From: Nitrospirota bacterium
GTDB lineage: Bacteria > Nitrospirota > UBA9217
Length of the DNA stretch: 64,000 nucleotides
NCBI GenBank assembly: GCA_963754875.1
Contig: CAVWHO010000008.1
Location: 64,001 to 128,000 of the forward strand
Reading direction: 5' to 3'
Under the pieces are notes generated by a model. It saw only the letters and a list, made by a program, of their open reading frames with translations. It made no database searches and was not told the origin of the DNA. Shown here piece by piece: positions 9,938-19,390 of the stretch. Positions within the stretch are counted from its first letter, which is position 1; every line of letters begins with the position of its first letter. The translations under genes were made by a program, and so were the position numbers.

Positions 9938-10424
9938 TGAATGAGATGCTCCCCCTTTCCTGAGACTGATGCTTGAGAAACGGTTCCTTGAATGAAGCCG
10001 AACGCTCGAGCCCTACAATGAGATTACGGAGCGCTTCCGGGGACTGTGCTACGCCTTCGAGCGACAGAGTGCCGTCATGAGAGTTGAAGTCGATGTGTTT
10101 CATGGCTACTCCTGTCGGGACCGCCATCTCGATGCTCGTGAGAAACTTCGTCCATGAGAACCTGCGGGACTCCAGGAGACCGGACATGGCGCTCAAGTCC
10201 TTTACCAGCCGGGCACGCTCCGCCAGCACGGGTTTCACTTCGGCATCGGCCGCTTCTGCCTCCTTTAGTTTCTTTTCCATGATCACACTGTCGCGGCGCA
10301 GCGTAATGCTCGTCCAGAGCAGTGCGGACGCGGTCAGCGCCAGGATGACGGTCCCGATGAACAACCCGTTCGTGATCTGCGCGCTGAGCCGGTAATTTCT
10401 GGAGGCGAAATTTATCGCGATCAT
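9879..10424 (-). CDS. PilN-like protein
   Basis: N-terminal INFAS motif, TM, coiled coil, FSWTKFLTSIE..VP.GV, LSLEGVA. Confidence 0.85.
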   Translation of the reverse strand: MIAINFASRNYRLSAQITNGLFIGTVILALTASALLWTSITLRRDSVIMEKKLKEAEAADAEVKPVLAERARLVKDLSAMSGLLESRRFSWTKFLTSIEMAVPTGVAMKHIDFNSHDGTLSLEGVAQSPEALRNLIVGLERSASFKEPFLKHQSQERGSISFNVVAIYYGNKNAAAVRGIR

Positions 10425-11356
10425 AATGCGCTCCCGGCGCCCAGCGCCGCCATAGAGACGGCCCAGACCGAAGAGGGAGATTCCCTGCCCGGTCCTGCGA
10501 GAACGGCGGCCGGGGACAGCACCTCCACATCCAGCGTCATAGTTGTACGGAGTTCGTTAGCGAGCCCGTTGGTTGCCGCCGACTCACCGGCAAGGTACAG
10601 ACGCTTTACCTCCGAGGTCTGCGCCCGGTCCATGTGAGTATAAAAATGAAGCGAATCCTCGATCTCGCGCATAAGTCTGGCCTTGATCTCGCCGCCGCGC
10701 TTCACTTCCTTGTAGCGGTAAAATCTCGGGCCCTCGGACTCCGTTATGATCGTGGTAAAGGAATTATCGGTAACATAGGCAAGGGCGGATACAGCCGACT
10801 GTTTCGCGATTACCGGCAAAAAGAAATTCAGGATATGGAAGGAGGAAAGACCGACGATCCACGGCTCCATCCCCAGCCGGCTGACCACGCTTTCGTACTG
10901 TTCGAGCACCGGCTGTTTCACAAGGCACGCAAGCACCGTAAAACCGCGTTCCCGCTGGCGCAACACCTGATAACGGAGGACCGTCTCGGAGATATCGAAG
11001 GCCGCGGCTTTTTCGAGTCGCCAGCGAATGAGCCGTTCCCGGTCCATTGACTTGGCCGGAAGCTGGTCGAATTCAAGCGTCTGGACGCGAAACACGCCGT
11101 CCGGCAGACTCAACGCCGCCCGGTCAGCCTGAGCGGGTGCGTCTGCGAGACATTTACGCAGCACGTTCGCCAGGCCGTCGGGGTCGTGAACATTGGTTGA
11201 TGAATAGCTCTCCGTCACCATCCCCGCAGGCAGATCCAACGCACCCGTATGCAGAACGGAAAGGTTCGCACCGCGCCCCGTCATGAGCGCCAGCCGCACC
11301 GCGGAAGAGGTGATTTCTACTCCCAAACCGGGCGTTCTCGCAAAAAAACGTAGCAT
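10421..11356 (-). CDS. PilM-like actin-fold assembly protein
   Basis: LGVEITSSAVRL, AALSLPD, LYLAGE, ALGA end; first gene of the pilMNO-like operon. Start moved to ATG 11356, after the promoter. Confidence 0.85.
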   Translation of the reverse strand: MLRFFARTPGLGVEITSSAVRLALMTGRGANLSVLHTGALDLPAGMVTESYSSTNVHDPDGLANVLRKCLADAPAQADRAALSLPDGVFRVQTLEFDQLPAKSMDRERLIRWRLEKAAAFDISETVLRYQVLRQRERGFTVLACLVKQPVLEQYESVVSRLGMEPWIVGLSSFHILNFFLPVIAKQSAVSALAYVTDNSFTTIITESEGPRFYRYKEVKRGGEIKARLMREIEDSLHFYTHMDRAQTSEVKRLYLAGESAATNGLANELRTTMTLDVEVLSPAAVLAGPGRESPSSVWAVSMAALGAGSAL

Positions 11357-11363
11357 TGGCCGT

Positions 11364-11392
11364 ATAGTATCAAGGTGGGCACGGGAAGTCAA
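11364..11392 (-). promoter_or_regulatory. Sigma70-type promoter of the pilM-like operon, probably leaderless
   Basis: Minus strand TTGACT-17 nt-TACTAT-7 nt-ATG, with no Shine-Dalgarno. Confidence 0.65.
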
Positions 11393-11489
11393 TTATAAAT
11401 ACCTGACGCGGCATAGGCACGGGGAGCAGAGTTGTGACTGCATTGCCTGTATCTAAAGAAAGTGCTGGCAAGATCTCTTAATTTCTCTC

Positions 11490-11936
11490 TCAGAACAACA
11501 CCCCAATCCCGATAAATGCTTCAATAACGTAAAGACAGAGAATTGCAATGTCGATGTAAACATGGGGCGTACGCAGTGGCGATTCCTGTCCTTTGATCTT
11601 CCGGGATATGACGAAGGTTGAGATGAGAAGGATGACAACCAGGGACCCGGTTAAGAAATGGGACGGATACTCCAGAACATTTCCGGTGTCGAGCAGAATA
11701 AGAGTAAGCCCGACACAATAGGTAGCCGGGCACGCCCGCTAAAACCGCCAGGGGGCCTATTTTCCGGTGTCTCCTGATCACGGGAAACGGAAGCGGCGCT
11801 TTGCTCCTGCGGGCGCGCCTGATCGCCAGACCAAGCCGGGCAGGTAGAAAAACAACAGCATCACGCAGGTGTTGAAACCGCCGTGCACCAGCCGCAGTCG
11901 TGACAGCAGATGCCTGTCGATCAATGGATAGTGCAT
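11490..11936 (-). pseudogene. Four-TM His-containing membrane protein (DUF4079 / cytochrome b561-like) broken by two compensating frameshifts
   Basis: Frame-joined translation: MHYPLIDRHLLSRLRLVHGGFNTCVMLLFFY / LGLAIRRARRSKAPLPFPVIRRHRKIGPLAVLAGVPGY / GLTLILLDTGNVLEYPSHFLTGSLVVILLISTFVISRKIKGQESPLRTPHVYIDIAILCLYVIEAFIGIGVLF*; starts 10 nt after the cupredoxin stop. Confidence 0.65.
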
Positions 11937-11945
11937 AGCTTCAGT

Positions 11946-12485
11946 TTACGGCACGACCTCGATGTATCCGTCCATCCCGCGGTCCTTGTGGCTCTTGAAC
12001 CACAGGAGGCGTTTGTCGCAGTACATTTCATACTTCCCGACCTTTGTCGGCGTGAATTTTATCGATTGCCAGTCTTTTTCCAAGTTAGCCTTGAAATCAA
12101 TGCCCGCCTCCGGCGCCTTGACCATAATATCATGAGGCACATACCCTGCCGCTTTTTTGACCTTGAGTTCGACCGGCGCATTTACTTTTACCACGATATA
12201 GTTCGGATCAAAGTAATATTCTCCCCCGAGGATCTCTACATGCTGCACGCCGTCGGATCCGACGGTCGCCACGAATCGCTTTTCAACCCCCATCGCATGC
12301 TCATGTGTTGCTTCTTTGGCGTCCGGTTTTACCTCTGCGGAGGAAGGTTCCTGTTTGGTGTCTTGTTTCATTTCTTGCGCTGCAGGGGGCTGTTTTGCTT
12401 CCTGCTTTGTCTCCTGTGCATAAGCTCTAAAACCGAAGGGTAAAAGCACAACAAGCGCTAAAATTAATGCTTTGGCTAATTTCAT
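11946..12485 (-). CDS. Exported cupredoxin-domain protein
   Basis: Signal peptide, KQE-repeat linker, YYFDPNYIVV, VPHDI and YEMYC...SH...GM.G (His/Cys/His/Met type-1 copper ligand pattern). Confidence 0.85.
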   Translation of the reverse strand: MKLAKALILALVVLLPFGFRAYAQETKQEAKQPPAAQEMKQDTKQEPSSAEVKPDAKEATHEHAMGVEKRFVATVGSDGVQHVEILGGEYYFDPNYIVVKVNAPVELKVKKAAGYVPHDIMVKAPEAGIDFKANLEKDWQSIKFTPTKVGKYEMYCDKRLLWFKSHKDRGMDGYIEVVP

Positions 12486-12752
12486 GGTTATCCTCCTGGC
12501 TGGAAATAATATCTTCGTTTCATAATTAATTTAATTATAGCACTGATCATACGCGCTTTCCTGAATTAGGTTATTTCAGGAAATGCACAGGTCTGTTTGG
12601 CGTATTCTCGTAAAAGTTTATCACTATTTTTTTTCTCATCTTCCGGCATCAACAAAACGGCTTTGACAAATGCAGCAGAATAGATAATAATTGTCATCGT
12701 CAGCCGGGAAATTCCGATCACCTTTTTTACGACCAGTAAGATTATTAACTCT

Positions 12753-13448
12753 ATGACGGCCAAGAAGATATTGATTGTCGATGACGAGCCTGATATCACC
12801 GAGCTTGTTTCCTACAACCTCAAGAAAGCGGGGTACTCAGTTGCTTCTGCTGCGGACGGAGAAGAGGCGCTCTCGCGGGTCCGGGAAAACCGGTTCGATC
12901 TCATCGTGCTCGATCTTATGCTCCCCGGCATACACGGTATGGAACTCTGCCGTATATTGCGAAACAACGAGAAAACGGCCCATATACCCATTATCATGCT
13001 GACTGCCAAGGGCGAGGAAACAGACAAGATCCGAGGTCTGGAGACCGGCGCCGACGACTACATGACCAAACCGTTCAGCCCCAAGGAACTCATCGCCCGC
13101 GTCAACGCGGTCCTGCGCCGGTCCGGAGAGTTGACAACAGTGGAAAAAACGATCGTGCTCGGGGACCTCCTGATCAACCTGGAGACCTTCACGGTCTTGA
13201 AGCGGGGCGTTCCGCTCGGTCTCAGCGCCAAGGAATTCAAGCTCCTGCTCTACCTCGTCCAGCGCCGCGGCCGCGTGTTCAGCCGCGACCAGCTTCTCGA
13301 CGCCGTCTGGGAGGACGAAACCTTCGTCGAGCCCAGGACCGTCGACGTCCACATCAGACGACTGCGCACCCAGATCGAAGACGATCCGTCAAACCCCGTG
13401 TATGTCAGGACGAGGCGCGGCATCGGCTATTACGTGGAGAGCGCATGA
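12753..13448 (+). CDS. phoB: OmpR/PhoB-family response regulator
   Basis: ILIVDDE, LDLMLPG, GADDYMTKPFS, RTVDVHIRRLR; paired with a phoR-like kinase near pst genes. Confidence 0.9.
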   Translation: MTAKKILIVDDEPDITELVSYNLKKAGYSVASAADGEEALSRVRENRFDLIVLDLMLPGIHGMELCRILRNNEKTAHIPIIMLTAKGEETDKIRGLETGADDYMTKPFSPKELIARVNAVLRRSGELTTVEKTIVLGDLLINLETFTVLKRGVPLGLSAKEFKLLLYLVQRRGRVFSRDQLLDAVWEDETFVEPRTVDVHIRRLRTQIEDDPSNPVYVRTRRGIGYYVESA

Positions 13449-15184
13449 AACGCGGGATCTTCAGACGGATATTTTTCCTCTATGCCGTCATCATCCTCCT
13501 GTCGTTCCTCTTCATCGAATACTCGGTCACCAGCACCATTCGTGAGCATTACATTGACAGGTTGAAACAAAACCTCATCGTCCAGGCATCGCTCATCGCC
13601 GACCGCATCTCGTTCCATACGGAACATAGTATCGATGACGCGTGCAAAGCGGTAAAGGAAAAAACAGGCGCACGGGTCACCATCATTGCCCTGGACGGAA
13701 GAGTCCTGGGCGATTCGGACGCAGACTCGTCATTCATGGAAAACCACGCTCACCGCCCCGAAGTCCAGCAGGCGGCGCTGGACGGCACCGGCATGTCCAT
13801 CAGGCACAGCCACACGGTGAAGCAGGATCTCATGTACGTCGCCTATCGGACGCCCTCCCACGGCAAGCCCGAAGGCTTTGTCCGGTTGAGCGTCCATCTC
13901 CGGGACATCGACCATGCAGTAAACGTCATCAGGCTGAACATCATCCTCGTCGTCGGCTTCGTCATCATCCTATCGGCGGCCTTTTCCTTCTGGCAGTTCG
14001 ACTACTTACGGCGTCTCACGCGGCAGATCAAAGACTTTGCCGGATCGCTCGTCCCGCGAGGCATCGGAAGAAAGTTGTTCCTCCACGATGCAGGTGAATT
14101 CAGTGATATCGCCGACAGCCTGAACGCCATGTCCCAGGAACTGAAGACCGTCATCGACGAGCACGAACAGGAGCGGAAGCGGCTGAACGAGATACTCCGA
14201 AGCATCCCCGACGCGCTCCTCATCATCGACAGCAAAGGCGTGGTCCTGCTCTCGAGCGCCGCGACGAGGCACTTCTTCGGCGACATTCCGCTCATGGGCA
14301 GGCCTTTCATCCAGGTCCTCCGGAACAGCGAGTTTTTTGCGCTCTTAGACGAGGTCCGCACAAGCAGAACGCCCGGGGTCTCCGAGTTCAAGCTGGAATA
14401 CCCCTCGGAACGTTACTGCGTGGTCCGCATTTCCCCTCTTTTCCAACGCAAGGACGACCTGACAGGCTTTGTCGCCATTTTCCATGACATCACGGAACTC
14501 AAAAAGGTCGAGCAGGTCAGAAAAGATTTTGTCGCCAATGCGTCCCACGAGATCAAAACGCCGATCACCGCGATCAAGGGCTTTGCCGACACCCTCCTCG
14601 AAGGTGCGCTGGAAGACCGGGAACATGCCCTGAAATTTCTCCAGGCCATTAAATCCAACAGCGAGCGGATCAACAGCCTCGTTGACGACCTCATGACCAT
14701 CTCCAAGATAGAAATGGGAGTCGTGAAAATCGAGAAAGTTCCGGTCCGGTTCATCGATGCGGCCGAAGCAGTGCTGGCCATACTCAAGGACAAGGCAACG
14801 GAAAAGAACCTGACCCTCCGGATCGAGGTCAAGCCGGGGCTGCAGGACATCTTGGCCGATCGGGACCGCCTCATTCAGATTTTGACCAACCTCGTGGAAA
14901 ACGGCATCAAATTTACGGAACAGGGCGGCGTGACGTTCGGCATGATTGAGAAAGACGGCAGGCACACCATCGTCGTCGAGGACACGGGGATCGGCATTCC
15001 ACAGAAGCACCTGGCAAGGCTCGGCGAGAGGTTCTACCGGGTCGATCCCAGTCGATCAAGGCAAATGGGCGGCACCGGGCTCGGCCTCGCCATTGTCAAG
15101 CACCTGGTCAAAGCTCACGGCTGGGACATGCAGATCGAGAGTGTGCAGGAAAAAGGAACGAAGGTAAAAATTTTCGTGACGTGA
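13445..15184 (+). CDS. phoR: Phosphate-regulon sensor histidine kinase
   Basis: Two TMs, MENHAHRPEV periplasmic motif, PAS, DFVANASHEIKTP H-box, ERFYRVD, GGTGLGLAIVKH; 4-nt overlap with phoB. Confidence 0.92.
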   Translation: MKRGIFRRIFFLYAVIILLSFLFIEYSVTSTIREHYIDRLKQNLIVQASLIADRISFHTEHSIDDACKAVKEKTGARVTIIALDGRVLGDSDADSSFMENHAHRPEVQQAALDGTGMSIRHSHTVKQDLMYVAYRTPSHGKPEGFVRLSVHLRDIDHAVNVIRLNIILVVGFVIILSAAFSFWQFDYLRRLTRQIKDFAGSLVPRGIGRKLFLHDAGEFSDIADSLNAMSQELKTVIDEHEQERKRLNEILRSIPDALLIIDSKGVVLLSSAATRHFFGDIPLMGRPFIQVLRNSEFFALLDEVRTSRTPGVSEFKLEYPSERYCVVRISPLFQRKDDLTGFVAIFHDITELKKVEQVRKDFVANASHEIKTPITAIKGFADTLLEGALEDREHALKFLQAIKSNSERINSLVDDLMTISKIEMGVVKIEKVPVRFIDAAEAVLAILKDKATEKNLTLRIEVKPGLQDILADRDRLIQILTNLVENGIKFTEQGGVTFGMIEKDGRHTIVVEDTGIGIPQKHLARLGERFYRVDPSRSRQMGGTGLGLAIVKHLVKAHGWDMQIESVQEKGTKVKIFVT

Positions 15185-15410
15185 AGAGGTTTTTGAATAT
15201 CTTCGCTACGGTAAGCTGTCACCCGGGAAGCTTCGGCACCCCGTCCGCGCGCAACGAGAAATTCCGTCGGTCGTGTTCCCAGATGATCGCCGGGCTCGTT
15301 CTTTTCGGTCCGGATTTTAAAATGGCAGTGCAATAATTCTTGGCAGTAGGCAGCATGCGCCGCATGTAATCATCGGTGATTGCTTGCATGTCATGACTCT
15401 GTCTCCGTTT

Positions 15411-16155
15411 TTATTGCCCGATCCTTCTTTTCACTTTTTCCCAGGACCTCGTGATCAAAAAACTCTCTTCCATATCATTTACCATGCGGACAAATTTATT
15501 CATGGGCACGGCAAAAGTCAGCGTTTCTTTCGGGATATAGGGCCGATACGTCGAACATCCCGATGACTGCCCTCGGACGGGTTGCTTTGTTTTCCTGATA
15601 AGGATACTGCACAATGGAGCCGCAGCCCGCAGAAAATGGACAAAACACGCCATTCGGTTCCCTCTCCTCAAAGTTCGCGAGCGTAAAGAGGCCGGAAAGG
15701 ACGTCAGGCGCAGCAAAAAAGATTGCTGCTTCCGGTCTGTCGGATTCTTCCAGGCTGTCGAACCTTTTAAAGACGATAGAGGGCGCCGGGGCCTTGAACT
15801 TCGGCACGATCTTCATCATTGCACTGACTATTTCAGGCGACTTCTTGTATCTCTCGCCTTCAAGCTTTCCCGGAATGCCGCAGGACAAAAAATAATCGAA
15901 GTTCGGGCTGATCTCTTCGGTAAATCCCGTATACCGTTTGCCCCCTCTGCAGCCTATCGAGGATTCCTCAAAACAGAGTGACGTCCCCTTTCTCACCCTG
16001 GCCAGCACGCCGATCATGCACTGGTGGGCTGATGGAGGCGGGACCTTCTCTGCGCGGTCTTTCTGGTCAGTGTAATAAAATACAATGGGAAGTTCTGCCC
16101 CTGGGAAATACTTGTTCCATGATTCGAGAAACCGCATTTTGAGCGACATGTCCAT
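15411..16155 (-). CDS. DUF169 family protein (frameshift near 15545)
   Basis: Cys-containing motifs HQCMIG, IGCRGG, SAGCGSIV; C-terminus RPYIPKETLTFAVPM...W continues in the 15411..15716 frame. Confidence 0.8.
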
Positions 16156-16214
16156 ATGATCATCCCCCCAAATTATTGTTCTTTGGTTGATCTTAATCCC
16201 AATAAAAACCTTTT

Positions 16215-16303
16215 CAGGAGAAAGGGAGAAGAAAGCCGGGTAAATGGGGAAAAGGCCGTTCGAATACTTTCACCCTTTCGCATTTCAATTCTCCCTTTCC
16301 CCT
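16215..16303. repeat. Degenerate purine-rich / pyrimidine-rich inverted tandem element (about 8-nt period)
   Basis: AGGAGAAAGGGAGAA...TGGGGAAAAGG followed by TTCACCCTTTCGCATTT...TTCTCCCTTTCCCCT. Confidence 0.5.
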
Positions 16304-16336
16304 GACGGATTTCAGTTTTTTGAACTATCGTCAGGT

Positions 16337-16906
16337 TTAAATCCACTTCACCTTCGGTTCCTTCTTCGGCGGTCGTTTCGTCTCTCCCTTGGGATAGCCG
16401 AGCAAAATGGGTCCGAAGATCGCATCGTCGTCCTTCAGTTCAAGAATGTTTCTGACCTCCGGGTCCTCGGTCACCATCGCGCCGAACCCGACCCAGCAGC
16501 TTCCGATCCCCAGCGACTGGGCAGCAAGCATCATGTTCTCGCAAGCCAGGGGGCAAGAATGGTCGGCATAACGTCCGTTGCCGATGACGAACACAATTGT
16601 AGGCGCTGAGTAGTAGACAGGGTCAGGCAGTTCGGCATAACGTTTTTTGATCGCCTCGTATCGCTCGGGATCAACGTCTTTCACCAGCTCGGTGATCTTC
16701 TTTGCCTGAGGCACGGCAGCATTGAGCAGCTTTCTTTTCATTTCCTTATCTTCAACAACCACAAATCGCCAGGGTTGGCTGTTCATCGCGGACGGCGCCT
16801 CGTTCCCAGCCTCAATGATCGTATTCAGGGCGTCCCGGGAAATCGATTTCGAATCATAGGACCTTACAGCTCGTCTTTTCTTGATTGTTTCAATGACCGT
16901 ATTCAT
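16337..16906 (-). CDS. Nitroreductase family protein
   Basis: RRAVRSY, APSAMNSQPWRFVVV, ENMMLAAQSLGIGSCW, LGYP. Confidence 0.95.
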   Translation of the reverse strand: MNTVIETIKKRRAVRSYDSKSISRDALNTIIEAGNEAPSAMNSQPWRFVVVEDKEMKRKLLNAAVPQAKKITELVKDVDPERYEAIKKRYAELPDPVYYSAPTIVFVIGNGRYADHSCPLACENMMLAAQSLGIGSCWVGFGAMVTEDPEVRNILELKDDDAIFGPILLGYPKGETKRPPKKEPKVKWI

Positions 16907-17035
16907 GATCTCTTCTCCTCGAACCAGGGTTTATGGCTTTGACACATGCTGGTAAACATGCATGGTAAGCACGATAAACAATGGTAGCACAAAAAAACCC
17001 TATTGAGAAGAGGAAGCGCCTCAAGTCCTTCCAAA

Positions 17036-17074
17036 TGTAATATACTTGTAACATTGTCGTAGCATTACCGTGCT
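17036..17074 (+). promoter_or_regulatory. Putative Pho box array upstream of pstS
   Basis: Hexamers at exact 11-nt spacing: TGTAAT (17036), TGTAAC (17047), CGTAGC (17058), CGTGCT (17069). Confidence 0.7.
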
Positions 17075-17130
17075 AAGAGTACTTAACCTAAGTTGTTCCA
17101 TGATTTCAACTTTCTCAAGGAGGAAAACAA

Positions 17131-18139
17131 ATGAAGAAAATTGTCGCTGTCGCATTAACCGTTACACTGTCAATTGCCGCCGCAGCACTGGCAGAGGAGA
17201 CACTGAACGGAGCGGGGGCGACGTTCCCCTATCCCGTTTATTCCGCCTGGGCCAATGAGTACTACAAAGTAACGGGCATGAAGCTGAATTACCAGTCTAT
17301 CGGCTCCGGCGGCGGAATCAACCAGATCACCGAGCGGACCGTGGATTTCGGCGCGTCCGACAAACCGCTGAAGCCCGAAGAGCTTGCCAGGGCAAACCTG
17401 CTCCAGTTCCCGGCCGTGGTCGGCGGGGTTGTGCCGGTAGTCAATATCGCGGGGATAAAGGCAGGACAACTGAAACTCGATGCGCAAACACTTTCCCAGA
17501 ATCTATCTCGGCGAAATCAGGAAATGGGATGATCCGAAGATCAAAGCGTTGAATCCCGCGCTCAAGCTTCCGGACAGCGGGATCACGGTAGTCCACCGCT
17601 CGGACGGGTCAGGCACGACCGCCGTCTTTACGGATTATCTGTGCGATGTGTCTCCGTCCTGGAGGGAAAAGGTCGGCACCGGCACTTCGGTGAGTTGGCC
17701 CGCAGGAATCGGCGGCAAGGGAAATGAAGGCGTTGCCAACTATGTTCAGCAGGCCGCGAACTCCATCGGCTACGTTGAATTCGCCTACGCAAAGCAGAAC
17801 GCCATGGCATTCACGCTCCTCAAGAACCGTGCAGGAAATTTTGTAGGACCGAGTTTCGAAACATTTGAGGATGCCGCCGCATCGGCAAGTTTCGATCCCA
17901 GAAAGGATTTTTACCTCTGGCTGAACGATGCGCCGGGGAAAAAGGCCTGGCCCATCGCCGGCGCCACGTTCATCCTCCTTGCCAAAGAGAAAAAAGACTC
18001 AAACAGGAACGTGGTCAAGTTCTACGATTGGGCGTTCAAGAATGGAGACGACAAGGCAAAGGAACTCATCTACGTTCCGCTCCCGAAAGTGTTGAAGGAC
18101 AAGGTCCGAGGTTACTGGAAGTCCAATGGGATTCAGTAG
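17131..18139 (+). CDS. pstS: Phosphate ABC transporter substrate-binding protein (frameshift near 17496)
   Basis: GAGATFPYP, NYQSIGSGGG, VDFGASD in the first frame; VVHRSDGSGTT, GKGNEGVA, IGYVE in the second; one extra C joins them. Confidence 0.95.
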
Positions 18140-18327
18140 AACTCTGGTATAATTGAACAGGATGGATCGAGGCCCGTGCGGGTCGGACATTGCTATCCGC
18201 AGTGCTTCCGTTTTCGCCTTACCACCCACCGTCGCAATCCTCTTCTCACAGGGAGAGGAAGCTGCTTAGCAGGTCTCCCTGCGAAAGGGAGCAAGCTGAA
18301 TTTCGAAAATTCGGAAAGGTCCGTTCA

Positions 18328-19270
18328 TTGGCCATAGCCCCGAAAAAAAATTATTTTGACCTGTTCTTTTCCTCGGTTACCGGACTTGCATCCTTTACCG
18401 TCATCATTTTCATCATCGGCATTCTGGCGGTGCTGATCAAGGAATCCGTGCCTGCAATCGAGAAATTCGGAGTGATCAATTTCCTGACCTCGACCGCCTG
18501 GAACCCCGTGACCGGCGTTTTTGGAGCAGCGACCACTATTTTCGGCACCTTTGTAACGACCACCCTGGCCCTGCTCTTGTCCATACCCACTGCCATCGGC
18601 ATTGCCATATTCGTGACCGAGATCGCGCCGAATTTTCTGAAAGGCCCCATCGGCGTCGCCATCGAGCTCTTGGCCGCGATCCCGAGCATTATTTACGGCA
18701 TGTGGGGCCTGTTCACCCTCGCGCCGATCATGTCCAAGATACGTCGAACCGGCCCTGAAAAACACCGTCGGGCAAATGCCGTTCCTCGGTTTCCTGTTCG
18801 CGGGCAACCCCCTGGGCATTGATCTCCTGACCGCGAGCATGATCCTCGGCATCATGATCATCCCCTTTACGGCAAGCATCGCGCGCGATTCATTCAACCT
18901 GACCCCTGCCGTGGTCAAGGAATCGGCCTATGCCATCGGAGCGACGAAGTGGGAAGTCGTGAAAAACGTCGTCCTCCCCTACTCCAAGCTGGGGGTGTTC
19001 GGCGGTGCGGCGCTCTCCCTGGGCCGGGCGTTGGGCGAGACCATGGCCGTTGCTTTCGTGCTCGGCAACAACCACAAGATCGCCACGTCGCTCCTCGATG
19101 CGGCCTCGACCATTACCGTCAGCCTCGCGAACGAGTTCACGGAGGCGGACAGCGCTCTCTATCTGTCATCGCTCTATTATCTGGCGCTCGTATTGTTCGT
19201 GATGAGCTTCATCATCCTGGCCATCGCGAAGTTCTTTCTCCTGAAGGCCGAGAGAAAATATGCGAGATAA
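18328..19270 (+). CDS. pstC: Phosphate ABC transporter permease (frameshift near 18739)
   Basis: TTG start after GGAAAGGT; IELLAAIPSIIYGMWG, then ESAYAIGATKWE and LGRALGETMAV. Confidence 0.93.
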
Positions 19271-19295
19271 ACGTTGACAAACTTGTTAATACGGC

Positions 19296-19372
19296 GTCAT
19301 TCCCGCTTGTCGGGAATCGTCGTTGTTTTAGCTTGATGAACGTAGATACGGTTCCGGACAAGCCGGAATGAC
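19296..19372. repeat. Palindromic GTCATTCC-type intergenic element (REP/RPE-like doublet)
   Basis: GTCATTCCCGCTTGTCGGGAATC ... GTTCCGGACAAGCCGGAATGAC: two internally palindromic arms that are inverted copies of each other. Confidence 0.8.
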
Positions 19373-19390
19373 ACCAGGAAAGTGCTTGTC

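Noticed and set aside
17131..19270. Programmed frameshifting or phase variation in pstS and pstC
   Set aside because: No slippery heptamer or long homopolymer; the same extra-base pattern appears in unrelated genes.
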